A stretch of 64,000 bases of DNA from positions 38,810 to 102,809 of IMG/VR virus record IMGVR_UViG_3300037882_001264; one strand, written 5' to 3'. This DNA comes from a virus. The notes beneath the pieces were generated by a model. It saw only the letters and a program-made list of their open reading frames with translations. It ran no database searches and was not told the origin of the DNA. Position numbers and translations under genes: made by a program. Positions 16,389 to 25,386 of this stretch are shown in pieces. Position 1 is the stretch's first letter. Each line of letters begins with the position of its first letter.

Positions 16389-16619
16389 TCAGGACTTCTC
16401 GACCACGCCCTTGGAGTCCACGACGATGTCGATCGAGCCCAACTTGGTCCGCCACTCCGGGTTCTCGGCCTCGTAGCGGTCGCGGATCTCTTCACTCATC
16501 CGGACGGAGAACGAGGCGCAGGGGCCCGGGTGTGTCAGGGGCAACTCGCAGTAGTACACCTGGTGCTCGCCACCGACGGGCTCGCGACAGGTCTTCTCGG
16601 GGTAGGCGGCCTTCTGCAT
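16389..16619 (-). CDS. Small hypothetical protein (C...C..HPGPC)
   Basis: 76 aa; GGAG RBS. Confidence 0.65.
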   Translation of the reverse strand: MQKAAYPEKTCREPVGGEHQVYYCELPLTHPGPCASFSVRMSEEIRDRYEAENPEWRTKLGSIDIVVDSKGVVEKS

Positions 16620-16638
16620 GGGATCTCCGATCTTGGAT

Positions 16639-16896
16639 TCAGGACTGGTCTGAGGGGCGGCCGTTGTACTTCATGACGACCTCGATCGCCTTGTTCAGCA
16701 GTTCGGGCGAGTAGTGCGTAGCGACCAGTTCAGACCCGGCTGGCTCGCTGATGACGACCAGAACAGGTCGACCGTTGACGGGGGTGACGAACTCCGGCGC
16801 CGAGCAGTCGTACCAGATGTCGATCTGCCGGACTGCCATCTGGGCTTCGCGCGTCGAGTAGAAGTAGGCGTACAGGACCGGCTTGGTCTCCATCAT
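16639..16896 (-). CDS. Hypothetical protein
   Basis: Probable start MMETKP at 16896 (ATGA overlap). Confidence 0.6.
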   Translation of the reverse strand: MMETKPVLYAYFYSTREAQMAVRQIDIWYDCSAPEFVTPVNGRPVLVVISEPAGSELVATHYSPELLNKAIEVVMKYNGRPSDQS

Positions 16897-17258
16897 CGGA
16901 ATCCCTGCTCCTTGGCATCTTGGCGCGACTCGAACCAGAGCGCGATGACGGCGGCCTGGACGACCAGAGCGATCTTCGGGGACTTTCGCCACAAGACCTG
17001 CCACATCGCCTGGGCGAACAGCAGGCCAGTCAGCGCCAACTGCAAGATCATGGTCCCCAGGGCGTCCTCGGAACGCTGGAACTCGTCGAGGCCAGGCGGA
17101 GGGTTGATCAGAGCAGGCACCATGATGAAGGCGATGAGGGCTGCGGCTGCCCAGCCACCGAACCACATCCAGTCGATCTCGCGCATGGGGCGGCGCCAAT
17201 CGGTGGACCAGTCGAAGGTGGCTTCGTCCGCTGTGTCTTGCTGGACGATGGTCTTCAC
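16893..17258 (-). CDS. Membrane protein (about 3 TM helices)
   Basis: Three hydrophobic stretches; GAGG RBS. Confidence 0.7.
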   Translation of the reverse strand: MKTIVQQDTADEATFDWSTDWRRPMREIDWMWFGGWAAAALIAFIMVPALINPPPGLDEFQRSEDALGTMILQLALTGLLFAQAMWQVLWRKSPKIALVVQAAVIALWFESRQDAKEQGFR

Positions 17259-17497
17259 AGCAGTACCTCTATCTCTTCATCGGCTAGGTGTGATACTGAG
17301 TAGTCTTGGTCATTCGCCACGTATCGTAGCATCACGAGGGCGTCGTGTCCAGTCTTCCCTTGCTGGGTGCGCACATGGGTGATGTAGCCACGCCCCTCCT
17401 GGACGCGGATCACGCGACCGCGCTCAAGGTTTGAGGCGGGCAGGGTCCATGCAACGGGCTCGGGCTCTTCCTCGGGAGTCAGCGGAGCCTCAGACAT
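17255..17497 (-). CDS. Small beta-barrel hypothetical protein
   Basis: Probable start MSEAP at 17497, overlapping the upstream stop. Confidence 0.55.
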   Translation of the reverse strand: MSEAPLTPEEEPEPVAWTLPASNLERGRVIRVQEGRGYITHVRTQQGKTGHDALVMLRYVANDQDYSVSHLADEEIEVLL

Positions 17498-20400
17498 TGC
17501 GACCCTCACGTATGCGTAGGCGAGCGAGCCGAGGGCTGCTGCGAGGAGGATCTTCCTTGCCCTCACTGAGTACCTCATCAGACGCAAAGATGTGGGACGG
17601 GTGGATGTCGCTGGGCCAGTAGTCCTCGCCCAGGTTGCCCCGGTAGGGGGTCTCAGCGTGCTCCATGTGCTGTGCGGCTGGGTTGTTGACGCTACCCCTC
17701 ACGACGCGCACCGGTACATGGCTGACGCCCTCCTCGTGAGCAGCCTGGACTCGGTGGTTGCCTTCGCCGAGGTAGGCATGGTGGGTCTTCGGATCGAAGA
17801 TTACCATGGCCGGATCCTTGAACCCCTCGCCGTTGCGGAGGGACTCGCGGTAGTGCTCTACGCCGGAGCGCTCAGTCTCGTTGCCGTGCATCTTGCGCAG
17901 CGCGTCGGTGCTGACATAGCCGATGACAGATCGGTCCTCGCCCTGACCGCCCATGCCGCTGTCACGGTAGTGGTTCATGTTCGGGTGCAGCGTCGTGGGG
18001 TCGACCTTCGAGGCGATCTTCTGACCGTGCTGGTCGCGCTTGATGAACATCCCCTCCTCGTCGAAGTCTTCATCCTTGGGCTCGGCCAGGGTCTGCTTGA
18101 CGTCGTCGAACTCGTTGTGACCGAAGCCCCGGTCGCCAGTCATGTACCCCTTCCAGCGATTGTAGTGCTGGGTGTGCTGCTCGGGTGTCATGTCGCGGAC
18201 GTCAGGACCGTCGTAGTGGTAGCCCTCGCCGAAGTGATGGCGCGGGGGCTGATCCCAGCCGTCCCGCTCGATCGGCTTTCCAGAGTCAAACTCGCTGCCG
18301 TGGTGGCTCTCGATGCGGCCATGCTCACCGAATGCCTCGCGCTCGTGCGCGTCGAGGGGGATGACTCGATGCACCTTCACCTTGTCGAAGTGCTCGGCGG
18401 GTATGAACTTCTCTCCGCCCCATCGCTCGTCGGTAGCGACTCCCTTGGGGGAGTGGATCTCTGCCACGTATGGGCGAACGTAGCCCTGCGTTCCAGTCCA
18501 GTCGCTAGGGCGCTCAGCCGTGTAGAGGCCCTTGTGCTCGCGAGGACGGATGGACAATGCGTTGTCCTCCGGCTGGTGGTCCGGGTTCAGCGCGAAGTGG
18601 GGGTTATCAGTAAGGTGGTAGGTCACCTCGTGATCCTGAGACGACGTCTTCTGGTCGGGGAAGCGAGCATCGACCAACTGCTGCCACAGCCCCGCCTGGT
18701 CGAGGTACTTCTCGACGGCGTTGCGGTAGTCGAACACACCCTGGCCATGCGGGCCGAATGCCCCCGAGCGCGAGGAGTGGATGTGCTCCCAGATGCGCTT
18801 GGCACGGTTCGAGCGCGCTGGCTCCGGGAGGGCGAGCGCACCCTTGACCTGCTGCGCGACGCCCTCGAAGTAGTACCACTCCGTCGGCGAGAACTTGTGG
18901 CCCTTCGGCTCGCTGACGGGGCGCACGGCCCACTCGTCGTCGGAGAGGTTGTACGCGGCGTAGGGCTTGATCACGCGGATGTCGTAGGAGTTCGGGTTGA
19001 CGTAGAAGGTGCTCGACCAGGGGCCGACACGCACCTTGCCACCCTCGGGGTCGCCAGCCCATTCCCACTCGGGGACTTCGCTGGAGGGCACGTTGAGGTA
19101 GACACCTTCGAGGTTGCAGTGCTCACGCAGTTCAGCGTTGAGGTGAGCCGACACCATCTTGGGGCTCATGCCAGCGAACTGCGGATTGGCCTCGACCAGC
19201 CCCTTGTACTCGACGCCGATCAGTGTGTCGAGGTCATCGTTGAGCCGGTACTTCGGGTCGACTTCGCGATCGGCTGCATGAGCCTGGATGGCGTTCTTGT
19301 CAGCCCACCACTCGGAGATGCTGGAGCCAGCGATGTAGACCTTGCTCCAGGTGCGCCAGTTGGAGTAGCGACCGTCCCACCATGCAGCCAGTCGCCCCAT
19401 GGCGTAGTCGCGGACCTCGGGGCGGATCCTGTCGCCGTCGAACAGGCGCGGGTCAAGGCTACCGTTCGTCGGGGCGAAGAGGCGGTCGGTCGGTTGCCAG
19501 GTGTCGAGGACGTGAGACTCGCGAAGAAGCGCCTGCTTTATCGTCTTCCATGGGGTGTGCTTGACCTCCTTGCGGAGCGCGGGCATGTCGGGTAGATCAG
19601 CGATGTCCCACCAGGCCACGACCTCAATGTCATCACCCTTGGGGTCATCGGGATTGCGGACGTGACGGTCTTCGTGGTCGGGATTGAGGTCGATGTCATC
19701 CTCGGTGGGGATCGTCAGGACAAACCCCTGGTAGATCCCGTTCGGGCTGACCCAGTTCGCCGTGACCTCAGCGTCGCTGGGGATCTTCAGCCCGGTCTCC
19801 TCGGAGAACTCACGGCGTGCAGCGGCGAGGGGGTCCTCACCCTCATCGATATGACCTCCGGGGAACTCCCAGGTGCCACGAGCCGGGTCCGACTCGTCCT
19901 CGTTGGAGCGCTGGATTAGCAGGATGCGACCGGAGTCCTTGGCCTTGAGGCACAGCCCCGCAACCTCGATGCTCTTCGCCTCAGCAAAGTGCTGGAGGAT
20001 CGACACCGGCTGGAAGTCCTTCTTGCGGAGCCGAGGCCTTGCCTTGGTAGCGTCCTCGTATGCGACTTCGTGCTGGTCCCAGTCGTGCGGCTCGTACACG
20101 TCGCTGCCGTCAGAAACACTCTTGACGAATCCCCTGCCATCGCGGGTGAGGTCGTCAGAGTGCATTGGCAGGGTGTCGACGTGACCGGCGTCGTGCAGTT
20201 GCTGGGCGTGCTCCAGCATCTTGCGCGCGACACCCTTGCCGTCGTACCCCCGGCCCACCTGCACCCAGGTGATCTCACCGGGCTTGTACTGGCGGCTGCC
20301 GTCCTTGCCGACCCACGAGAGGCTCCCGACAGGAGCACCGCGATCTGGCAGCCGGGCGTGGATAACGTGCTTCTCCCCACCGAGGGTGGGCTGCTTCTCG

Positions 20401-20981
20401 TAGTGGAGTTTCAGACCATCGAGCGAGTAGTCATCGCCGAATCCACCAAAGTGCTGGAGAACCCCGAGAGTGTAGTCATGCTTGGTCCCCTTGGGGTCGG
20501 CCACCTCATCGTGGAACGCCCCGGGGTCCTTTCCGGACTCTTCGCCGTCCTCCCAGTTGCTGTCATCCCACCCTCTGGTGTTCATCCAGGTCCGACCGTC
20601 CTCAGACAACTCAGGAGAGTGGATGGGAAACGAATCGGCCTGGCCACTGGTGTAACGCTCCTTGGCGTGTTCCATCATGGCGCTGGCAATGCCCTTGCGA
20701 CGATGGTCCTCATGAACCCACACATTGGAGATCTCACCCGGGTAGTGCCCATCGGACTCCGAGTACCTCTCCGATTCGCGAGGAGCCCAGGTCATGCTGC
20801 CCACGAGCCCACCCGAGGATGGGCTGTGAGCCTCAACAGCATGGTGGGGAGTTATGTAGTGGGGCGTTCCGTCACCCTTCCTGCGCCCCGGGAAGAAGCG
20901 GAACTTCAAGTCTGAGGGCAGATCTCCGCTGGAGCCGCCAAAGTGCTGAAGCAGGGAGGCACCATCGGGCTGCTGGCTCAC
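17490..20981 (-). CDS. Polyvalent multi-enzyme protein: GNAT, GNAT, NUDIX, Pol-beta-like nucleotidyltransferase, ART-like domain, ParB/Srx domain
   Basis: Start GTG 20981 (GGAGG RBS). Motifs: V.VHEDHRRKGIA and V.VGRGYDGKGVA (GNAT motif A); GGHIDEGEDPLAAARREFSEETG (Nudix box); IAGS...DDLD (NTase); TYHLT...GLY...EKFI (ART-like, weaker); GEGNHRVQAA...VPVRV (ParB). Confidence 0.85.
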   Translation of the reverse strand: MSQQPDGASLLQHFGGSSGDLPSDLKFRFFPGRRKGDGTPHYITPHHAVEAHSPSSGGLVGSMTWAPRESERYSESDGHYPGEISNVWVHEDHRRKGIASAMMEHAKERYTSGQADSFPIHSPELSEDGRTWMNTRGWDDSNWEDGEESGKDPGAFHDEVADPKGTKHDYTLGVLQHFGGFGDDYSLDGLKLHYEKQPTLGGEKHVIHARLPDRGAPVGSLSWVGKDGSRQYKPGEITWVQVGRGYDGKGVARKMLEHAQQLHDAGHVDTLPMHSDDLTRDGRGFVKSVSDGSDVYEPHDWDQHEVAYEDATKARPRLRKKDFQPVSILQHFAEAKSIEVAGLCLKAKDSGRILLIQRSNEDESDPARGTWEFPGGHIDEGEDPLAAARREFSEETGLKIPSDAEVTANWVSPNGIYQGFVLTIPTEDDIDLNPDHEDRHVRNPDDPKGDDIEVVAWWDIADLPDMPALRKEVKHTPWKTIKQALLRESHVLDTWQPTDRLFAPTNGSLDPRLFDGDRIRPEVRDYAMGRLAAWWDGRYSNWRTWSKVYIAGSSISEWWADKNAIQAHAADREVDPKYRLNDDLDTLIGVEYKGLVEANPQFAGMSPKMVSAHLNAELREHCNLEGVYLNVPSSEVPEWEWAGDPEGGKVRVGPWSSTFYVNPNSYDIRVIKPYAAYNLSDDEWAVRPVSEPKGHKFSPTEWYYFEGVAQQVKGALALPEPARSNRAKRIWEHIHSSRSGAFGPHGQGVFDYRNAVEKYLDQAGLWQQLVDARFPDQKTSSQDHEVTYHLTDNPHFALNPDHQPEDNALSIRPREHKGLYTAERPSDWTGTQGYVRPYVAEIHSPKGVATDERWGGEKFIPAEHFDKVKVHRVIPLDAHEREAFGEHGRIESHHGSEFDSGKPIERDGWDQPPRHHFGEGYHYDGPDVRDMTPEQHTQHYNRWKGYMTGDRGFGHNEFDDVKQTLAEPKDEDFDEEGMFIKRDQHGQKIASKVDPTTLHPNMNHYRDSGMGGQGEDRSVIGYVSTDALRKMHGNETERSGVEHYRESLRNGEGFKDPAMVIFDPKTHHAYLGEGNHRVQAAHEEGVSHVPVRVVRGSVNNPAAQHMEHAETPYRGNLGEDYWPSDIHPSHIFASDEVLSEGKEDPPRSSPRLARLRIREGRNV

Positions 20982-20990
20982 GGTCACCTC

Positions 20991-21026
20991 CACACCCTTT
21001 CGGGGCCCCCACGCTGAGAGCGACAG
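20991..21026 (-). promoter_or_regulatory. Bipartite late-type motif copy 4 (variant): CTGTC-N20-GAAAGGGTGTG
   Basis: Immediately upstream of the RBS of the polyvalent gene. Confidence 0.6.
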
Positions 21027-21035
21027 CAATGACTG

Positions 21036-21076
21036 AGGGGCCCCTCCCGGAACTCAGTCCAGGTCGGGGCCCCTCT
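21036..21076 (-). terminator. GC-rich inverted repeat, possible terminator
   Basis: GAGGGGCCCC...GGGGCCCCTC 10-bp arms between the candidate ncRNA and the late-type motif; no U-tract. Confidence 0.45.
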
Positions 21077-21077
21077 G

Positions 21078-21157
21078 CGTGCCGATCCTGCCACAGCAAC
21101 CCGCCAGAGACGCTGGGCGGACCTTGCACGCTTGGAGGGGGTTACCCTCCGTCGGCC
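21078..21157 (-). ncRNA. Candidate structured small RNA
   Basis: No ORF. Closing stem GCCGA/UCGGC, hairpin GGAGGG-UAACC-CCCUCC and a CCGCC/GGCGG stem; flanked by a SigA-like promoter and an inverted repeat. Confidence 0.45.
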
Positions 21158-21159
21158 AT

Positions 21160-21189
21160 AGTATGGCACAACCGACCCAAGTGGTGCAA
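21160..21189 (-). promoter_or_regulatory. SigA-like promoter TTGCAC-N18-CATACT (extended -10 TGn)
   Basis: Just downstream of the terminase stop, pointing into a structured non-coding segment. Confidence 0.5.
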
Positions 21190-21199
21190 CCCGGGTCGG

Positions 21200-23239
21200 C
21201 TAGAAGCGGTGCCTCTTAGCGCCCCTGCGCTGCGGGGCCCAGTCGGGCCGATCGGGGTCTCCTCGACGAGCGCCGTTCCCGAAGTTCGAGAGCGCATCGC
21301 CCGGGTCTTCGCGCATGCCCGGGAAGGGGTCCGCTCCGCCCTGGAGCGCGCCACGCGGGCGGAAGTTCGACAGGTCCGCGTGCATGAAGTTGTTGACCTG
21401 CTCGCCGATGAGGACGTGAATGACTTCCATCATGCAGTCGGCGATGTCCTTGGACTGCACCGGCCCAGCGGAGGGGTGGTCGACCCGGCCGTTCTTCATC
21501 TGGAGGAACCGCAGTTCGAGGTCGGCGCGCTCGTTGTATGGGGCGTGCACGAGCCCGAGGTTGATCGCGGCCTTGGCGCTCTCCTTGACGGTCCAGTCGT
21601 ACTGGCGGGTCGTGGTCTTCTCGAAGACGGTGACACGCTTGGGCATCGAGGTGTTGCGGATGCGCTTCTGCAACTTCTGCACCGACGCCGGGGAGTTGTA
21701 CTGGTCGTAGGTGAACTCCTCTGGGTAGAACTTCGTGATGACGTTCTCCCAGATCCAGTCGTCGACCTGCTCGTAGTCGATGATGCCGTCCGGGTAGTCG
21801 GCGGGATCGAAGTGCCGGACCAGGTCGAAGACGCAGTGCAGTCGCCCTGCCTCATCAGTCTCAGTGTGGGCAACGGCGAGGCCGTACTTGTCGTTCACCT
21901 TCGAGGGGTCAGCGTGCCCCTTGTAGGCGTACATGAGGAGCCCGCCGGTCTGGGTCGTGATGGCAGGAGGACCGTACTGCTGCGGGCGCTCCGTCCACGG
22001 TGCGAAGATGCCCGCGACCTTCTCGCTGTTGAGATAGGCATCGATCGCTGTAGCAAAGCGCGACTCGCGCTCGACGGCGAAGGTCTCGGGGTTGGCTCGC
22101 TTGAGCCTCTCCATCGACTCGTCGTAGGTCTGGATCGCGCCCTTGAGTGGCTCGAAGGTCGGGGGCATGCTCTCGCGGTACTCGCCCAGGTCGCCGTCGA
22201 ACTCCGGCGGGAAGAGGGGGATCTGGTCAGCCTTCTCCCAGTCCTTGTAGATGTCCCATGAGGCCAACTGGAACATGGCGATCTCGGGGTACAGCGCAGT
22301 GCCGTGCTCGTTCAGTTCGAGGGAGTGCTGGTAGTTCTCGTAGAACTGGCCCATCATCTGCCAGGGGCTCGACGGCTCGACGATGAAGGCGTCCTTGCCG
22401 AACTGGTCGAGGGCCGGAGTGGCGGCCTGGTAGACCTCTTCAGCAGAGCGGTTGGCGCCAGAGGCCACAACGTGAGCCATCTCGTCGTAGGCCTGCATGA
22501 ACGACGTCGGACCACGACCGGCCATCAGGGTCGACTCCTTCGGCACGATGCCGAAGGATGCCATGTCCTGCTCAGCGTTGATGCCCTTGCGTTCCATCTC
22601 CTTCATTCGGACCCAGTCCGAGGGGGCGTAGATCGTCAGGCTCTCGCCGAGCAAGCGCGAGATGTAGGGAGCGAAGCACGTCGATCCGGAGATGACGTTG
22701 ACGAGGTCCTGCCACACCTGAGCCTTGGCCTGCTCGCGCTTACCGGCGAACACCATGGCCATCAACTTCTTGTCGCGGTCGACACCGTAGTAGGCCTGCG
22801 GGCCTCCGGGGCGCGACATGTAGTTCCAGAGCACGTAGGACATCATGAGAGCGGTCATGTGCCCCTTACCGGCACGTCGACCCATGACCAGCAGCACCTC
22901 GCGGAACCACGGGTAGCCCCGCGCCTTGAGGTAGCGCATGCGTTCGAGGATGTCTCCTGCGACGCCGTTATAGTTGGTCTGGCGGAACGACTCCTGCCAC
23001 TCGGCCACGACCGCGTAGTCGTAGTCGGTGAAGAGGTCTTCCCGGAGGAAGACGATCTTCATCAGCGTGGCCTGGCGCGGGTAGAGGCTAGGTCGGTTCA
23101 GATACTCCGGACTGACGATCCATGTGATCGGGTCGGGCACCTCGATGATGGAGCCGGATACGATCCGGTGCATGTCCTGGGGCGCGATCCCCTTGAGACC
23201 ATCAGGAAGGATCAGGCCGCCGCGACTGGCGAATGCCAT
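21200..23239 (-). CDS. terL: Terminase large subunit
   Basis: LYPRQ (Q motif), VMGRRAGKG (Walker A), AYDEMAH (Walker B), nuclease HADPS...YDQYNS...KDIADC. Confidence 0.92.
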   Translation of the reverse strand: MAFASRGGLILPDGLKGIAPQDMHRIVSGSIIEVPDPITWIVSPEYLNRPSLYPRQATLMKIVFLREDLFTDYDYAVVAEWQESFRQTNYNGVAGDILERMRYLKARGYPWFREVLLVMGRRAGKGHMTALMMSYVLWNYMSRPGGPQAYYGVDRDKKLMAMVFAGKREQAKAQVWQDLVNVISGSTCFAPYISRLLGESLTIYAPSDWVRMKEMERKGINAEQDMASFGIVPKESTLMAGRGPTSFMQAYDEMAHVVASGANRSAEEVYQAATPALDQFGKDAFIVEPSSPWQMMGQFYENYQHSLELNEHGTALYPEIAMFQLASWDIYKDWEKADQIPLFPPEFDGDLGEYRESMPPTFEPLKGAIQTYDESMERLKRANPETFAVERESRFATAIDAYLNSEKVAGIFAPWTERPQQYGPPAITTQTGGLLMYAYKGHADPSKVNDKYGLAVAHTETDEAGRLHCVFDLVRHFDPADYPDGIIDYEQVDDWIWENVITKFYPEEFTYDQYNSPASVQKLQKRIRNTSMPKRVTVFEKTTTRQYDWTVKESAKAAINLGLVHAPYNERADLELRFLQMKNGRVDHPSAGPVQSKDIADCMMEVIHVLIGEQVNNFMHADLSNFRPRGALQGGADPFPGMREDPGDALSNFGNGARRGDPDRPDWAPQRRGAKRHRF

Positions 23240-23242
23240 TGG

Positions 23243-23494
23243 CTAGATACCGTCCTCGGAATGGGCCATCTCTTCGAGCATGAGCCCGATTGCGGAAGGG
23301 GACGCCGTCGCGTTCGGGACTCGATGGCCGCATACCTGGAACCGGACGACGGCCTGGATCCCGAGGAACTCACCCCGGTCAGTGACGACGGCCTCCAGGC
23401 TGGTGGCAATCTCGTTGTAGTCGGCCACGCAGACCGGACACTTGACCTGACGCGGGACTCGCATGAGTACCGCAGTGCCCGGCTCGAACGTCAT
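23243..23494 (-). CDS. Small Zn-ribbon protein
   Basis: CPVC...VCGH. Confidence 0.65.
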   Translation of the reverse strand: MTFEPGTAVLMRVPRQVKCPVCVADYNEIATSLEAVVTDRGEFLGIQAVVRFQVCGHRVPNATASPSAIGLMLEEMAHSEDGI

Positions 23495-23502
23495 GGATCC
23501 CC

Positions 23503-23925
23503 CTAGTGGCTGTGCCCCTGAGCACGAGCCTCCAGAGCACGGATGTCTTCCGCGCTCGTCTTGATGACTCCGCCCTCGTCGAGGCCGAGCAGGTTGTTCG
23601 TAACCTCGTGGACCTGCTGGTCCCGGTCGAACGTGAAGCCTGAATCTGCGCGGTCCTTGATGACGATCTCGGGGATGATGACATCCTTGACGTTCGTGTC
23701 GTACCAGACGACGTCAACGATGAAGCCGATCGCGTGGAAGCGGTCTTTGATCTCACGCTGGAAGGAGTCGTAGTCCTGGGGGGACTGGGCCTTGTCCTGG
23801 AAGTACTTGAGCAGCCCCTCGATCGACTCGATCTCGGAGTCGTAGATGTCGAGGGTCTTGGTCAGATCGCTCTGGGGCGCAGCAGACCCGTAGGTGCTGG
23901 GTTGCCCGATGATCGGAACGCTCAC
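23503..23925 (-). CDS. Hypothetical protein
   Basis: 140 aa with typical codon usage, upstream of terL. Confidence 0.7.
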   Translation of the reverse strand: MSVPIIGQPSTYGSAAPQSDLTKTLDIYDSEIESIEGLLKYFQDKAQSPQDYDSFQREIKDRFHAIGFIVDVVWYDTNVKDVIIPEIVIKDRADSGFTFDRDQQVHEVTNNLLGLDEGGVIKTSAEDIRALEARAQGHSH

Positions 23926-24006
23926 TGTGTTGCCGCCGTTCGGTAGTAGTTCTGGAACAAGGGTAATGCAGGGGTTGACTTCTCCGCATTCAGGGTGTAT
24001 TGCGGG

Positions 24007-24705
24007 CTATTCCGCAATCTCTAGCGGGGTCTCCTGGATGACTACAGCCTGCCGCCGGGCCGACTCAGCGTAGAGCGCCTTGAGGATCGGGTGCTGCTCG
24101 ATGGCCTTGCCGTACTCCTCACGCAGGTGCAGCGGGATGAACTGCTGGGCCAAGGTCAGGTGCACCAGCATGACGTCGCGCCAGACCTGCTCGTCGATGC
24201 CGCCACCAGTGGCTTGCTCGAACTGGTGGAGCAGCGCGGCTGCCCGAAGGACGTCGGGGATGTCCGGCTCAAGGTCTCCGGACTGGAGGCGCTCGAACCC
24301 ACGCTGGACGATCAACTGTGCGACGAGGACCTTGTCTGCCTCAGCACCGACAGCGGCCTCGATGTCGACACCGAGGTCCTCCTGCCGACGCTCGATGACG
24401 GCACGCTGGACTGCCGCGCTCGCACCGCTGTGGCCAGACTTCGCGTGGGTGGCGATGCTGCGAACGCTCGGGTGGTCCCACTCATCGCCGTTCGGCTGGT
24501 GGGTGGGCAGGTCGGCCAGGATGCCGGTGTAGGACCTGCCGCCCAGGAGGGCAGCCTCGATCTCCATGCGGAAGGGGCTCTGGCAGACATCGCATGTGGC
24601 GACGGCCTTGCCGTTGTAGATCCGGTTGCCGACCTTGAACCCGACCGCCGCCTGAGGGACGACCTCGGCAGGGAGCGAATCGTCGTCTGTTGCCATGACG
24701 GTCAT
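24007..24705 (-). CDS. Hypothetical protein, possible terminase small subunit/HTH
   Basis: CDVC..PFR.EIEAALLGGRSY..I HTH-like N-terminus and helical C-terminus; near terL. Function is inferred. Confidence 0.5.
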   Translation of the reverse strand: MTVMATDDDSLPAEVVPQAAVGFKVGNRIYNGKAVATCDVCQSPFRMEIEAALLGGRSYTGILADLPTHQPNGDEWDHPSVRSIATHAKSGHSGASAAVQRAVIERRQEDLGVDIEAAVGAEADKVLVAQLIVQRGFERLQSGDLEPDIPDVLRAAALLHQFEQATGGGIDEQVWRDVMLVHLTLAQQFIPLHLREEYGKAIEQHPILKALYAESARRQAVVIQETPLEIAE

Positions 24706-24706
24706 C

Positions 24707-25036
24707 TCAGGTGGGGTCCCAGGGGTCTAGGCCCGCAGCCCGCCCTCTGGTGTAGTCGACAGCAGTGCTCCGCTTGCCGCCCCCAGGAACCCCGTCCACG
24801 CTGTTCAGGTGAGGGGAGGTGCGGTTGATCTCGCGGTGGTACATGCCCTGGCGGATGGAGGAGTCCGGCGAGCCGCTGGCCGGGTAGACCTCGCGGGAGC
24901 GTCGGTTCTGCTCCTTCCACGGGGTCAGGATGTCGCTCTTGGCGGCCTGACTGGTCACTCCTTCGAGCGACTCCCGGATGAGCCTGTCGGCCTCTGCCTC
25001 AAGTTGGGGGTGGACCCCCGATCGCACGTATCCCAT
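24707..25036 (-). CDS. Hypothetical protein
   Basis: 109 aa; TGATG coupling to the upstream gene. Confidence 0.65.
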   Translation of the reverse strand: MGYVRSGVHPQLEAEADRLIRESLEGVTSQAAKSDILTPWKEQNRRSREVYPASGSPDSSIRQGMYHREINRTSPHLNSVDGVPGGGKRSTAVDYTRGRAAGLDPWDPT

Positions 25037-25386
25037 CAGACGGCCTGCTCGATTCTGTCGTCGTAGCGCTCCAGCATCCCAGAGTCGATCATGAAGCAGA
25101 GTCGCTTCAGGCCGTCTGTGGCATACATGGCGACTGGGTTGGTACTGGAGACACCCATCCTCTCGGCGACGGCCTTCTCACGGATGTTCTCGTAGAGGAA
25201 GAGTTCGATCGCTTCGCGCTGCCTCGGGGCTAGCCGGGTCCGGCAACTGTAGATGTACTGGATGTCGAACAGGCTGTACTCCATCCCGTCCGGTGCGGTG
25301 ATGGTGTCGTCTACCTCACGCGCTGCGTAAAGAGACTCCCACGACTGGAGATTACGGATGAGTTCCCTGAGGACGCTAACAACCAT
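25036..25386 (-). CDS. Sigma-70 region-4-like HTH protein
   Basis: RLAPRQREAIELFLYENIREKAVAERMGVS...GLKRL. Confidence 0.75.
   Translation of the reverse strand: MVVSVLRELIRNLQSWESLYAAREVDDTITAPDGMEYSLFDIQYIYSCRTRLAPRQREAIELFLYENIREKAVAERMGVSSTNPVAMYATDGLKRLCFMIDSGMLERYDDRIEQAV

Noticed and set aside
17600-18000. ParABS partition system or temperate lifestyle
   Set aside because: The ParB-like domain is fused within a polyvalent protein; no ParA, parS, integrase or repressor is seen in the window.
21078-21157. tRNA gene
   Set aside because: Multi-stem fold, but no GTTCRA T-loop, anticodon arm or CCA end; kept only as a candidate ncRNA.
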